Origin: Eledone cirrhosa
Taxonomy: Eukaryota
Length of the DNA: 64,000 nucleotides
Direction of reading: 5' to 3'
Assembly (NCBI GenBank): GCA_964016885.1
Contig: OZ024743.1
Coordinates: forward strand, 363,444,001 to 363,508,000
Position numbers and translations under genes: made by a program. Below the pieces are notes generated by a model. It did not search any database, had not been told where the DNA came from, and worked only from the letters and a program-made list of their open reading frames with translations. Shown piece by piece: positions 28,337-40,800 of this stretch (positions within the stretch are counted from its first letter, which is position 1; every line of letters starts with the position of its first letter).

Positions 28337-31300
28337 TTTGTGGTGGTGGTGATGGTAGAGTTTGTGGTGGTGGTGATGGTAGGGTTTGTGGTGGTGGTGA
28401 TGGTAAAGTTTGTGGTGGTGGTGATGGTAGAGTTTGTGGTGGTGGTGATGGTAGAGTTTGTGGTGGTGGTGATGATGGTAAAGTTTGTGGTGGTGGTGAT
28501 GGTAAAGTTTGTGGTGGTGGTGATGGTAAAGTTTGTGGTGGTGGTGATGGTAGAGTTTGTGGTGGTGGTGATGGTAAGGTTTGTGGTGGTGGTAATGGTA
28601 AAGTTTGTGGTGGTGGTGATGGTAGAGTTTGTGGTGGTGGTGGTGGTAGAGTTTGTGGTGGTGGTGATGGTAGAGTTTGTGGTGGTGGTGATGGTAGAGT
28701 TTGTGGTGGTGGTGATGATGGTAAAGTTTGTGGTGGTGGTGATGGTAAGGTTTGTGGTGGTGGTAATGGTAAAGTTTGTGGTGGTGGTGATGGTAGAGTT
28801 TGTGGTGGTGGTGATGGTAAAGTTTGTGGTGGTGGTGGTGGTAAAGTTTGTGGTGGTGGTGATGGTAAAGTTTGTGGTGGTGGTGATGGTAAAGTTTGTG
28901 GTGGTGGTGATGGTAAAGTTTGTGGTGGTGGTGATGGTAAGGTTTGTGGTGGTGGTAATGGTAAAGTTTGTGGTGGTGGTGATGGTAGAGTTTGTGGTGG
29001 TGGTGGTGGTAGAGTTTGTGGTGGTGGTGATGGTAAGATTTGTGGTGGTGGTAATGGTAAAGTTTGTGGTGGTGGTGATGGTAGAGTTTGTGGTGGTGGT
29101 GGTGGTAGAGTTTGTGGTGGTGGTGATGGTAAAGTTTGTGGTAGTGGTGATGGTAGAGTTTGTGGTGGTGGTGATGGTAGAGTTTGTGGTGGTGGTGATG
29201 GTAGAGTTTGTGGTGGTGGTGGTGGTAAAGTTTGTGGTGGTGGTGATGGTAAGGTTTGTGGTGGTGGTGATGGTAAAGTTTGTGGTGGTGGTGATGGTAG
29301 AGTTTGTGGTGGTGGTGATGGTAGAGTTTGTGGTGGTGGTGATGGTAGAGTTTGTGGTGGTGGTGGTGATGGTAAAGTTTGTGGTAGTGGTGATGGTAGA
29401 GTTTGTGGTGGTGGTGATGGTAGAGTTTGTGGTGGTGGTGATGGTAGAGTTTGTGGTGGTGGTGATGGTAGAGTTTGTGGTGGTGGTGATGGTAGAGTTT
29501 GTGGTGGTGGTGATGGTAGAGTTTGTGGTGGTGGTGATGGTAGAGTTTGTGGTGGTGGTGGTGATGGTAAAGTTTGTGGTAGTGGTGATGGTAGAGTTTG
29601 TGGTGGTGGTGATGGTAGAGTTTGTGGTGGTGGTGATGGTAGAGTTTGTGGTGGTGGTGATGGTAGAGTTTGTGGTGGTGGTGATGGTAGAGTTTGTGGT
29701 GGTGGTGGTGGTAAAGTTTGTGGTGGTGGTGATGGTAGAGTTTGTGGTGGTGGTGGTGATGGTAAAGTTTGTGGTAGTGGTGATGGTAGAGTTTGTGGTG
29801 GTGGTGATGGTAGAGTTTGTGGTGGTGGTGATGGTAGAGTTTGTGGTGGTGGTGGTGATGGTAAAGTTTGTGGTAGTGGTGATGGTAGAGTTTGTGGTAG
29901 TGGTGATGGTAGAGTTTGTGGTGGTGGTGATGGTAGAGTTTGTGGTGGTGGTGATGGTAGAGTTTGTGGTGGTGGTGGTGATGGTAAAGTTTGTGGTGGT
30001 GGTGATGGTAGAGTTTGTGGTGGTGGTGATGGTAAAGTTTGTGGTAGTGGTGATGGTAGAGTTTGTGGTGGTGGTGGTGATGGTAAAGTTTGTGGTGGTG
30101 GTGATGGTAGAGTTTGTGGTAGTAGTGATGGTAGAGTTTGTGGTGGTGGTGATGGTAGAGTTTGTGGTGGTGGTGATGGTAGAGTTTGTGGTGGTGGTGA
30201 TGGTAGAGTTTGTGGTGGTGGTGATGGTAGAGTTTGTGGTGGTGGTGATGGAAGAGTTTGTGGTGGTGGTGATGGTAGAGTTTGTGGTGGTGGTGATGGT
30301 AAGGTTTGTGGTGGTGGTAATGGTAAAGTTTGTGGTGGTGGTGATGGTAAAGTTTGTGGTGGTGGTGATGGTAGAGTTTGTGGTGGTGGTGATGGTAGAG
30401 TTTGTGGTGGTGGTGGTGATGGTAAAGTTTGTGGTAGTGGTGATGGTAGAGTTTGTGGTGGTGGTGATGGTAGAGTTTGTGGTGGTGGTGATGGTAGAGT
30501 TTGTGGTGGTGGTGATGGTAGAGTTTGTGGTGGTGGTGATGGAAGAGTTTGTGGTGGTGGTGATGGTAGAGTTTGTGGTGGTGGTGATGGTAGAGTTTGT
30601 GGTGGTGGTGATGGTAGAGTTTGTGGTGGTGGTGATGGTAGAGTTTGTGGTGGTGGTGGTGGTAAAGTTTGTGGTGGTGGTGATGGTAGAGTTTGTGGTG
30701 GTGGTGGTGATGGTAAAGTTTGTGGTAGTGGTGATGGTAGAGTTTGTGGTGGTGGTGATGGTAGAGTTTGTGGTGGTGGTGATGGTAGAGTTTGTGGTGG
30801 TGGTGGTGATGGTAAAGTTTGTGGTAGTGGTGATGGTAGAGTTTGTGGTGGTGGTGATGGTAGAGTTTGTGGTGGTGGTGATGGTAGAGTTTGTGGTGGT
30901 GGTGGTGATGGTAAAGTTTGTGGTAGTGGTGATGGTAGAGTTTGTGGTGGTGGTGATGGTAGAGTTTGTGGTGGTGGTGATGGTAGGGTTTGTGGTGGTG
31001 GTGGTGATGGTAAAGTTTGTGGTAGTGGTGATGGTAGAGTTTGTGGTGGTGGTGATGGTAGGGTTTGTGGTGGTGGTGGTGATGGTAAGGTTTGTGGTAG
31101 TGGTGATGGTAGAGTTTGTGGTGGTGGTGGTGATGGTAAGGTTTGTGGTAGTGGTGATGGTAGAGTTTGTGGTGGTGGTGATGGTATAGTTTGTGGTGGT
31201 GGTGATGGTAGAGTTTGTGGTGGTGGTGATGGTAAAGTCTGTGGTGGTGGTGATGGTAAAGTTTGTGGTAGTGGTGATGGTAGAGTTTGTGGTGGTGGTG

Positions 31301-34300
31301 ATGGTAAAGTTTGTGGTGGTGGTGATGGTAAGGTTTGTGTTGGTGGTGGTGGTGATGGTAAAGTTTGTGGTGGTGGTGGTGATGGTAAAGTTTGTGGTGG
31401 TGGTGGTGATGGTAAAGTTTGTGGTGGTGGTGATGGTAAGGTTTGTGGTAGTGGTGATGGTAGAGTTTGTGGTGGTGGTGATGGTAGAGTTTGTGGTGGT
31501 GGTGGTGGTGGTGGTGATGGTAAAGTTTGTGGTGGTGGTGGTGATGGTAAAGTTTGTGGTGGTGGTGATGGTAGAGTTTGTGGTGGTGGTGATGGAAGAG
31601 TTTGTGGTGGTGGTGATGGTAAAGTTTGTGGTGGTGGTGATGGTAAGGTTTGTGGTAGTGGTGATGGTAGAGTTTGTGGTGGTGGTGATGGTAGAGTTTG
31701 TGGTGGTGGTGATGGTAAAGTTTGTGGTGGTGGTGATGGTAAGGTTTGTGGTAGTGGTGATGGTAAAGTTTGTGGTGGTGGTGATGGTAAAGTTTGTGGT
31801 GGTGGTGATGGTAAAGTTTGTGGTGGTGGTGATGGTAAAGTTTGTGGTGGTGGTGATGGTAGAGTTTGTGGTGGTGGTGATGGTAGAGTTTGTGGTGGTG
31901 GTGATGGAAGAGTTTGTGGTGGTGGTGATGGTAAAGTTTGTGGTGGTGGTGATGGAAGAGTTTGTGGTGGTGGTGATGGTAAGGTTTGTGGTAGTGGTGA
32001 TGGTAGAGTTTGTGGTGGTGGTGATGGTAGAGTTTGTGGTGGTGGTGATGGTAAAGTTTGTGGTGGTGGTGATGGTAGAGTTTGTGGTGGTGGTGATGGT
32101 AAAGTTTGTGGTGGTGGTGATGGTAGAGTTTGTGGTGGTGGTGATGGTAGAGTTTGTGGTGGTGGTGATGGTAAAGTTTGTGGTGGTGGTGATGGAAGAG
32201 TTTGTGGTGGTGGTGATGGTAGAGTTTGTGGTGGTGGTGATGGAAGAGTTTGTGGTGGTGGTGATGGTAAAGTTTGTGGTGGTGGTGATGGTAGAGTTTG
32301 TGGTGGTGGTGATGGTAGAGTTTGTGGTGGTGGTGATGGTAAAGTTTGTGGTGGTGGTGATGGAAGAGTTTGTGGTGGTGGTGATGGTAGAGTTTGTGGT
32401 GGTGGTGATGGAAGTGTTTGTGGTGGTGGTGATGGTAGAGTTTGTGGTGGTGGTGATGGTAAAGTTTGTGGTGGTGGTGATGGAAGAGTTTGTGGTGGTG
32501 GTGATGGTAGAGTTTGTGGTGGTGGTGATGGTAAAGTTTGTGGTGGTGGTGATGGTAAAGTTTGTGGTGGTGGTGATGGTAAAGTTTGTGGTGGTGGTGA
32601 TGGTAGAGTTTGTGGTGGTGGTGATGGTAAAGTTTGTGGTGGTGGTGATGGAAGAGTTTGTGGTGGTGGTGATGGTAGAGTTTGTGGTGGTGGTGATGGT
32701 AAAGTTTGTGGTGGTGGTGATGGTAAGTTTGTGGTGGTGGTGATGGTAAAGTTTGTGGTGGTGGTGATGGTAGAGTTTGTGGTAGTGGTGATGGAAGAGT
32801 TTGTGGTGGTGGTGATGGTAGAGTTTGTGGTGGTGGTGATGGTAGAGTTTGTGGTGGTGGTGGTGATGGTAGAGTTTGTGGTAGTGGTGATGGTAGAGTT
32901 TGTGGTGGTGGTGGTGATGGTAAAGTTTGTGGTGGTGGTGATGGTAGAGTTTGTGGTGGTGGTGATGGTAGAGTTTGTGGTGGTGGTGATGGAAGAGTTT
33001 GTGGTGGTGGTGATGGTAGAATTTGTGGTGGTGGTGATGGTAGAGTTTGTGGTGGTGGTGATGGTAGAGTTTGTGGTGGTGGTGTTGGTGGTGGTGATGG
33101 TAAAGTTTGTGGTGGTGGTGGTGATGGTAAAGTTTGTGGTGGTGGTCATGGTAGAGTTTGTGGTGGTGGTGATGGTAGAGTTTGTGGTGGTGGTGATGGT
33201 AGAGTTTGTGGTGGTGGTGATGGTAAGGTTTGTGGTGGTGGTGATGGTAAAGTTTGTGGTGGTGGTGATGGTAGAGTTTGTGGTGGTGGTGGTGGTGGTG
33301 GTGATGGTAAAGTTTGTGGTGGTGGTGGTGATGGTAAAGTTTGTGGTGGTGGTGGTGATGGTAAGGTTTGTGGTAGTGGTGATGGTAGAGTTTGTGGTGG
33401 TGGTGATGGTAGAGTTTGTGGTGGTGGTGATGGTAGAGTTTGTGGTGGTGGTGATGGTAAGGTTTGTGGTGGTGGTGATGGTAAAGTTTGTGGTGGTGGT
33501 GATGGAAGAGTTTGTGGTGGTGGTGATGGTAGAGTTTGTGGTGGTGGTGATGGTAGAGTTTGTGGTGGTGGTGATGGTAAGGTTTGTGGTGGTGGTGATG
33601 GTAAAGTTTGTGGTGGTGGTGATGGTAAAGTTTGTGGTGGTGGTGATGGTAGAGTTTGTGGTGGTGGTGGTGGTGGTGGTGATGGTAAAGTTTGTGGTGG
33701 TGGTGGTGATGGTAAAGTTTGTGGTGGTGGTGGTGATGGTAAGGTTTGTGGTAGTGGTGATGGTAGAGTTTGTGGTGGTGGTGATGGTAGAGTTTGTGGT
33801 GCTGGTGATGGTAAAGTCTGTGGTGGTGGTGATGGTAAAGTTTGTGGCAGTGGTGATGGTAGAGTTTGTGGTGGTGGTGATGGTAAGGTTTGTGGTAGTG
33901 GTGATGGTAGAGTTTGTGGTGGTGGTGATGGTAGAGTTTGTGGTGGTGGTGATGGTAAAGTTTGTGGTGGTGGTGATGGTAAGGTTTGTGGTAGTGGTGA
34001 TGGTAGAGTTTGTGGTGGTGGTGATGGTAAAGTTTGTGGTGGTGGTGATGGTAGAGTTTGTGGTGGTGGTGGTGATGGTAAGGTTTGTGGTGGTGGTGAT
34101 GGTAAAGTTTGTGGTGGTGGTGATGGTAGAGTTTGTGGTGGTGGTGATGGTAGATTTTGTGGTGGTGGTGATGGTAAGGTTTGTGGTGGTGGTGATGGTA
34201 AAGTTTGTGGTGGTGGTGATGGTAAAGTTTGCGGTGGTGGTGATGGAAGAGTTTGTGGTGGTGGTGATGGAAGAGTTTGTGCTGGTGGTGATGGTAGAGT

Positions 34301-37300
34301 TTGTGGTGGTGGTGGTGATGGTAGAGTTTGTGGTGGTGGTGATGGTAGAGTTTGTGGTGGTGGTGATGGTAAGGTTTGTGGTAGTGGTGATGGTAAGGTT
34401 TGTGGTGGTGGTGATGGTAAAGTTTGTGGTGGTGGTGATGGTAAAGTTTGTGGTGGTGGTGATGGTAAAGTTTGTGGTGGTGGTGATGGTAGAGTTTGTG
34501 GTAGTGGTGATGGAAGAGTTTGTGGTGGTGGTGATGGTAGAGTTTGTGGTGGTGGTGATGGTAGAGTTTGTGGTGGTGGTGGTGATGGTAGAGTTTGTGG
34601 TGGTGGTGATGGTAGAGTTTGTGGTGGTGGTGATGGTAAGGTTTGTGGTAGTGGTGATGGTAGAGTTTGTGGTGGTGGTGGTGATGGTAGAGTTTGTGGT
34701 GGTGGTGATGGTAAAGTTTGTGGTGGTGGTGATGGTAGAGTTTGTGGTGGTGGTGATGGTAGAGTTTGTGGTGGTGGTGATGGTAAGATTTGTGTTAGTG
34801 GTGATGGTAGAGTTTGTGGTGGTGGTGGTGATGGTAGAGTTTGTGGTGGTGGTGATGGTAAGGTTTGTGGTAGTGGTGATGGTAGAGTTTGTGGTGGTGG
34901 TGATGGTAGAGTTTGTGGTGGTGGTGATGGTAAAGTTTGTGGTGGTGGTGATGGTAGAGTTTGTGGTGGTGGTGATGGTAAAGTTTGTGGTGGTGGTGGT
35001 GGTAAGGTTTGTGGTAGTGGTGATGGTAGAGTTTGTGGTGGTGGTGGTGATGGTAGAGTTTGTGGTGGTGGTGATGGTAAGGTTTGTGGTAGTGGTGATG
35101 GTAGAGTTTGTGGTGGTGGTGATGGTAGAGTTTGTGGTGGTGGTGATGGTAAAGTTTGTGGTGGTGGTGATGGTAGAGTTTGTGGTGGTGGTGATGGTAA
35201 AGTTTGTGGTGGTGGTGGTGGTAGAGTTTGTGGTGGTGGTGATGGTAAGGTTTGTGGTGGTGGTGGTGGTGATGGTAGAGTTTGTGGTGGTGGTGATGGT
35301 AGAGTTTGTGGTGGTGGTGATGGTAGAGTTTGTGGTGGTGGTGGTGATGGTAAAGTGTGTGGTGGTGGTGATGGTAGAGTTTGTGGTGGTGGTGATGGTA
35401 AAGTTTGTGGTGGTGGTGATGGTAGAGTTTGTGGTGGTGGTGGTGATGGTAGAGTTTGTGGTGGTGGTGATGGTAGAGTTTGTGGTGGTGGTGATGGTAG
35501 AGTTTGTGGTGGTGGTGATGGTAAAGTTTGTGGTGGTGGTGATGGTAGAGTTTGTGGTGGTGGTGATGGTAGAGTTTGTGGTGGTGGTGATGGTAAAGTT
35601 TGTGGTGGTGGTGATGGTAAAGTTTGTGGTGGTGGTGGTGATGGTAGAGTTTGTGGTGGTGGTGATGGTAGAGTTTGTGGTGGTGGTGATGGTAAAGTCT
35701 GTGGTGGTGGTGATGGTAAAGTTTGTGGTGGTGGTGGTGATGGTAGAGTTTGTGGTGGTGGTGATGGTAGAGTTTGTGGTGGTGGTGATGGTAAAGTCTG
35801 TGGTGGTGGTGATGGTAAGGTTTGTGGTGGTGGTGATGGTAAAGTCTGTGGTGGTGGTGATGGTAAGGTTTGTGGTAGTGGTGATGGTAGAGTTTGTGGT
35901 GGTGGTGATGGTAAAGTCTGTGGTGGTGGTGATGGTAAGGTTTGTGGTGGTGGTGATGGTAGAGTTTGTGGTGGTGGTGATGGTAAAGTCTGTGGTGGTG
36001 GTGATGGTAAAGTGTGTGGTGGTGGTGATGGTAGAGTTTGTGGTGGTGGTGGTGATGGTAGAGTTTGTGGTGGTGGTGATGGTAAAGTCTGTGGTGGTGG
36101 TGATGGTAAGGTTTGTGGTAGTGGTGATGGTAGAGTTTGTGGTGGTGGTGATGGTAGAGTTTGTGGTGGTGGTGGTGATGGTAGAGTTTGTGGTGGTGGT
36201 GATGGTAAAGTTTGTGGTGGTGGTGATGGTAGAGTTTGTGGTGGTGGTGATGGTAGGGTTTGTGGTGGTGGTGATGGTAAAGTTTGTGGTGGTGGTGGTG
36301 GTAGGGTTTGTGGTGGTGGTGATGGTAGAGTTTGTGGTGGTGGTGATGGTAGAGTTTGTGGTGGTGGTGGTGATGGTAAAGTGTGTGGTGGTGGTGATGG
36401 TAGAGTTTGTGGTGGTGGTGATGGTAGGGTTTGTGGTGGTGGTGATGGTAGAGTTTGTGGTGGTGGTGATGGTAGAGTTTGTGGTGGTGGTGGTGATGGT
36501 AAAGTGTGTGGTGGTGGTGATGGTAGAGTTTGTGGTGGTGGTGGTGATGGTAAAGTGTGTGGTGGTGGTGATGGTAGTGTTTGTGGTGGTGGTGATGGTA
36601 GAGTTTGTGGTGGTGGTGATGGTAGAGTTTGTGGTGGTGGTGATGGTAAAGTTTGTGGTGGTGGTGATGGTAAGGTTTGTGGTAGTGGTGATGGTAGAGT
36701 TTGTGGTGGTGGTGATGGTAGAGTTTGTGGTGGTGGTGATGGTAAAGTTTGTGGTGGTGGTGATGGTAGAGTTTGTGGTGGTGGTGATGGTAAAGTTTGT
36801 GGTGGTGGTGATGGTAAAGTTTGTGGTGGTGGTGATGGTAGAGTTTGTGGTGGTGGTGATGGTAAAGTTTGTGGTGGTGGTGATGGTAAAGTTTGTGGTG
36901 GTGGTGATGGTAGAGTTTGTGGTGGTGGTGATGGTAGAGTTTGTGGTGGTGGTGGTGATGGTAAAGTGTGTGGTGGTGGTGATGGTAGAGTTTGTGGTGG
37001 TGGTGGTGATGGTAAAGTGTGTGGTGGTGGTGATGGTAGTGTTTGTGGTGGTGGTGATGGTAGAGTTTGTGGTGGTGGTGATGGTAGAGTTTGTGGTGGT
37101 GGTGATGGTAAAGTTTGTGGTGGTGGTGATGGTAAGGTTTGTGGTAGTGGTGATGGTAGAGTTTGTGGTGGTGGTGATGGTAGAGTTTGTGGTGGTGGTG
37201 GTGATGGTAGAGTTTGTGGTGGTGGTGATGGTAAAGTTTGTGGTGGTGGTGATGGTAGAGTTTGTGGTGGTGGTGATGGTAGAGTTTGTGGTGGTGGTGA

Positions 37301-37437
37301 TGGTAAAGTTTGTGGTGGTGGTGATGGTAGAGTTTGTGGTGGTGGTGATGGTAGAGTTTGTGGTGGTGGTGATGGTAAGGTTTGTGGTGGTGGTGGTGAT
37401 GGTAGAGTTTGTGGTGGTGGTGATGGTAGAGTTTGTG
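28337..37437. repeat. Large 24-bp minisatellite (~9.1 kb, roughly 380 units)
   Basis: Unit atggtagagtttgtggtggtggtg with gag/aag/agg variants and extra gtg triplets. Confidence 0.97.
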
Positions 37438-37666
37438 GCTGTGGAGAGGTTGACAGCGGTGGTGTAGTGGTGGACATGGTTGTGGTAATGATGTTTGTGG
37501 AGGTAAAGTTTGTGGCTGTGATATTATGGTGTTTTTCATAGCTCTACTGAAGCGAAAACAACGGGGAGTCCAGAGAAAGAAATGTGGCGGAGACTTACAG
37601 AGAGGATAGAGACGGAATGGAACTGGAAAAAGAAATGTCTTGGGAAATCTGTGGAATGGCAACCGT

Positions 37667-37866
37667 NNNNNNNNNNNNNNNNNNNNNNNNNNNNNNNNNN
37701 NNNNNNNNNNNNNNNNNNNNNNNNNNNNNNNNNNNNNNNNNNNNNNNNNNNNNNNNNNNNNNNNNNNNNNNNNNNNNNNNNNNNNNNNNNNNNNNNNNNN
37801 NNNNNNNNNNNNNNNNNNNNNNNNNNNNNNNNNNNNNNNNNNNNNNNNNNNNNNNNNNNNNNNNNN
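37667..37866. other. Assembly gap (200 N)
   Basis: Run of N. Confidence 1.
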
Positions 37867-40800
37867 GTGATGTAGTTGTGGTTGATGGTAGAGTTTGTGG
37901 TGGTGGTGGTGATGGTAAAGTTTGTGGTAGTGGTGATGGTAGAGTTTGTGGTGGTGGTGATGGTAGAGTTTGTGGTGGTGGTGATGGTAGAGTTTGTGGT
38001 GTGGTGGTGATGGTAAGTTTGTGGTAGTGGTGATGGTAGAGTTTGTGGTGGTGGTGATGGTAGAGTTTGTGGTGGTGGTGATGGTAGGGTTTGTGGTGGT
38101 GGTGTATGGTAAGTTTGTGTAGTGGTGATGGTAGAGTTTGTGGTGGTGGTGATGGTAGGGTTTGTGGTGGTGGTGGTGATGGTAAGGTTTGTGGTAGTGG
38201 TGATGGTAGAGTTTGTGGTGGTGGTGGTGATGGTAAGGTTTGTGGTAGTGGTGATGGTAGAGTTTGTGGTGGTGGGTGATGGTATAGTTTTGTGGTGGTG
38301 GTGATGGTAGAGTTTGTGGTGGTGGTGATGGTAAAGTCTGTGGTGGTGGTGATGGTAAGTTTGTGGTAGTGGTGATGGTAGAGTTTGTGGTGGTGGTGAT
38401 GGGTAAAGTTTGTGGTGGTGGTGATGGTAAGGTTTGTGTTGGTGGTGGTGGTGATGGTAAAGTTTGTGGTGGTGGTGGGTGATGTAAAGTTTGTGGTGGT
38501 GGTGGTGATGGTAAAGTTTGTGGTGGTGGTGATGGTAAGGTTTGTGGTAGTGGTGATGGTAGATGTTTGTGGTGGTGGTGATGGTAGAGTTTGTGGTGGT
38601 GGTGGTGGTGGTGTGATGGTAAAGTTTGTGGTGGTGGTGGTGATGGTAAAGTTTGTGGTGGTGGTGATGGTAGAGTTGTGGTGGTGGTGATGGAAGAGTT
38701 TGTGGTGGTGGTGATGGTAAAGTTTGTGGTGGTGGTGATGGTAGGTTTGTGGTAGGTGGTGATGGTAGAGTTTGTGGTGGTGGTGATGGTAGAGTTTGTG
38801 GTGGTGGTGATGGTAAGTTTGTGGTGGTGGTGATGGTAAGGTTTGTGGTAGTGGTGATGGTAAAGTTTGTGGTGGTGGTGATGGTTAAGTTTGTGGTGGT
38901 GGGTGCATGGTAAAGTTTGTGGTGGTGGGTGATGGTAAAGTTTGTGGTGGTGGTGATGGTAGAGTTTGTGGTGGTGGTGATGGTAGAGTTGTGGTGGTGG
39001 TGATGAGGTTTGTGGTGGTGGTGATGGTAAGTTTGTGGTGGTGGTGATGGAAGAGTTTGTGGTGGTGGTGATGGTAGGTTTGTGGTAGTGGTGATGGTAG
39101 AGTTTGTGGTGGTGGTGATGGTAGAGTTTGTGGTGGTGGTGTGGTAAGTTTGTGGTGGTGGTGATGGTAGAGTTTGTGGTGGTGGTGATGGTAAGTTGTG
39201 GTGGTGGTGTGGTAGGTTTGTGGTGGTGGTGATGGTAGAGTTTGTGGTGGTGGTGATGGTAAGTTTGTGGTGGTGGTGATGGAAGGTTTGTGGTGGTGGT
39301 GATGGTAGGTTTGTGGTGGTGGTGATGGAGAGTTTGTGGTGGTGGTGATGGTAAGTTTGTGGTGGTGGTGATGGTAGGTTTGTGGTGGTGGTGATGGTAG
39401 AGTTTGTGGTGGTGGTGATGGAAAGTTTGTGGTGGTGGTGATGGAAGAGTTTGTGGTGGTGGTGATGGTAGAGTTTGTGGTGGTGGTGTGAAGTGTTTGT
39501 GGTGGTGGTGATGGTAGGTTTGTGGTGGTGGTGATGGTAAGTTTGTGGTGGTGGTGATGGAAGAGTTTGTGGTGGTGGTGAGGTAGAGTTTGTGGTGGTG
39601 GTGATGGTAAGTTTGTGGTGGTGGTGATGGTAAGTTGTGGTGGTGGTGATGGTAAGTTTGTGGTGGTGGTGATGGTAGAGTTTGTGGTGGTGGTGATGGT
39701 AGTTTGTGGTGGTGGTGATGGTAGAGTTTGTGGTGGTGGTGTGGTAGAGTTTGTGGTGGTGGTGATGGTAAGTTTGTGGTGGTGGTGATGGTAAGTTTGT
39801 GGTGGTGGTGATGGTAAGTTTGTGGTGGTGGTGATGGTAGAGTTTGTGGTGGTGGTGATGGAGAGTTTGTGGTGGTGTGATGGTAGAGTTTGTGGTGGTG
39901 GTGGTGGTAGGTTGTGGTGTGGGGTGATGGTAGAGTTTGTGGTGTGGTGATGTAGAGTTTGTGTGTGGTGGTGATGGTAGTTTGTGGTTGGTGGTGGATG
40001 GTAGAGTTTGTGGTGGTGGTGGTTGGTAGAGTTTGTTGGTGGTGGTGATGGAAGAGTTGGTGGTGGTGGTGTGGTAGATTTGTGGTGGTGGTGATGGTAG
40101 GTTTGTGGTGGTGGTGATGGTAGAGTTTGTGGTGGTGGTGTTGGTGGTGGTGATGGTAAGTTGTGGTGGTGGTGGTGATGGTTAAGTTTGTGGTGGTGGT
40201 GATGGTAGAGTTTGTGGTGGTGGTGATGGTGAGTTTGTCGGTGGTGGTGATGGTAGAGTTTGTGGTGGTGGGTGATGGTAAGGTTTGTGGTGGTGGTGAT
40301 GGTAAGTTTGTGGTGGTGGTGATGGTTGGTTTGTGGTGGGGGTGGTGGTTGTGGTGTGGTAAGTTGTGGTGGTGGTGGTGATGGTTAAGTTTGTGGGGTG
40401 GTGGTGGTGATGGTAGGTTTGTGTGTGGTGGGGGGGTTGGTTTGTGTGGTGGTGTGGTAGGTTGTGGTGGTGGTGTTGGAGGTTTGTGGTGGTGGTGTGG
40501 TGGTTTGTGGTGGTGGTGTTGGTAGGGTTTGTGGTTGGTGGTGTGGAGGGAGTTTGTGGTGGTGGTGTTGGTAGAGTTTGTGGGTGGTGGTGATGGTAGA
40601 GGTTTGTGGTGGTGGTGATGGTAGGTTGTGGTGGTGGTGATGGTAAGTTTTGTGGTGGTGGTGATGGTAAGTTTTGTGGTGGTGGTGATGGTTTGAGTTT
40701 GTGGTGGTGGTGGTGGTGGTGGTGTGGTTGGTGGTTTGGGTGGTGGTGGGTGATGTAAGTTTGTGGTGGTGGTGGTGATGGTAAGGTTTGTGGTAGTGGT

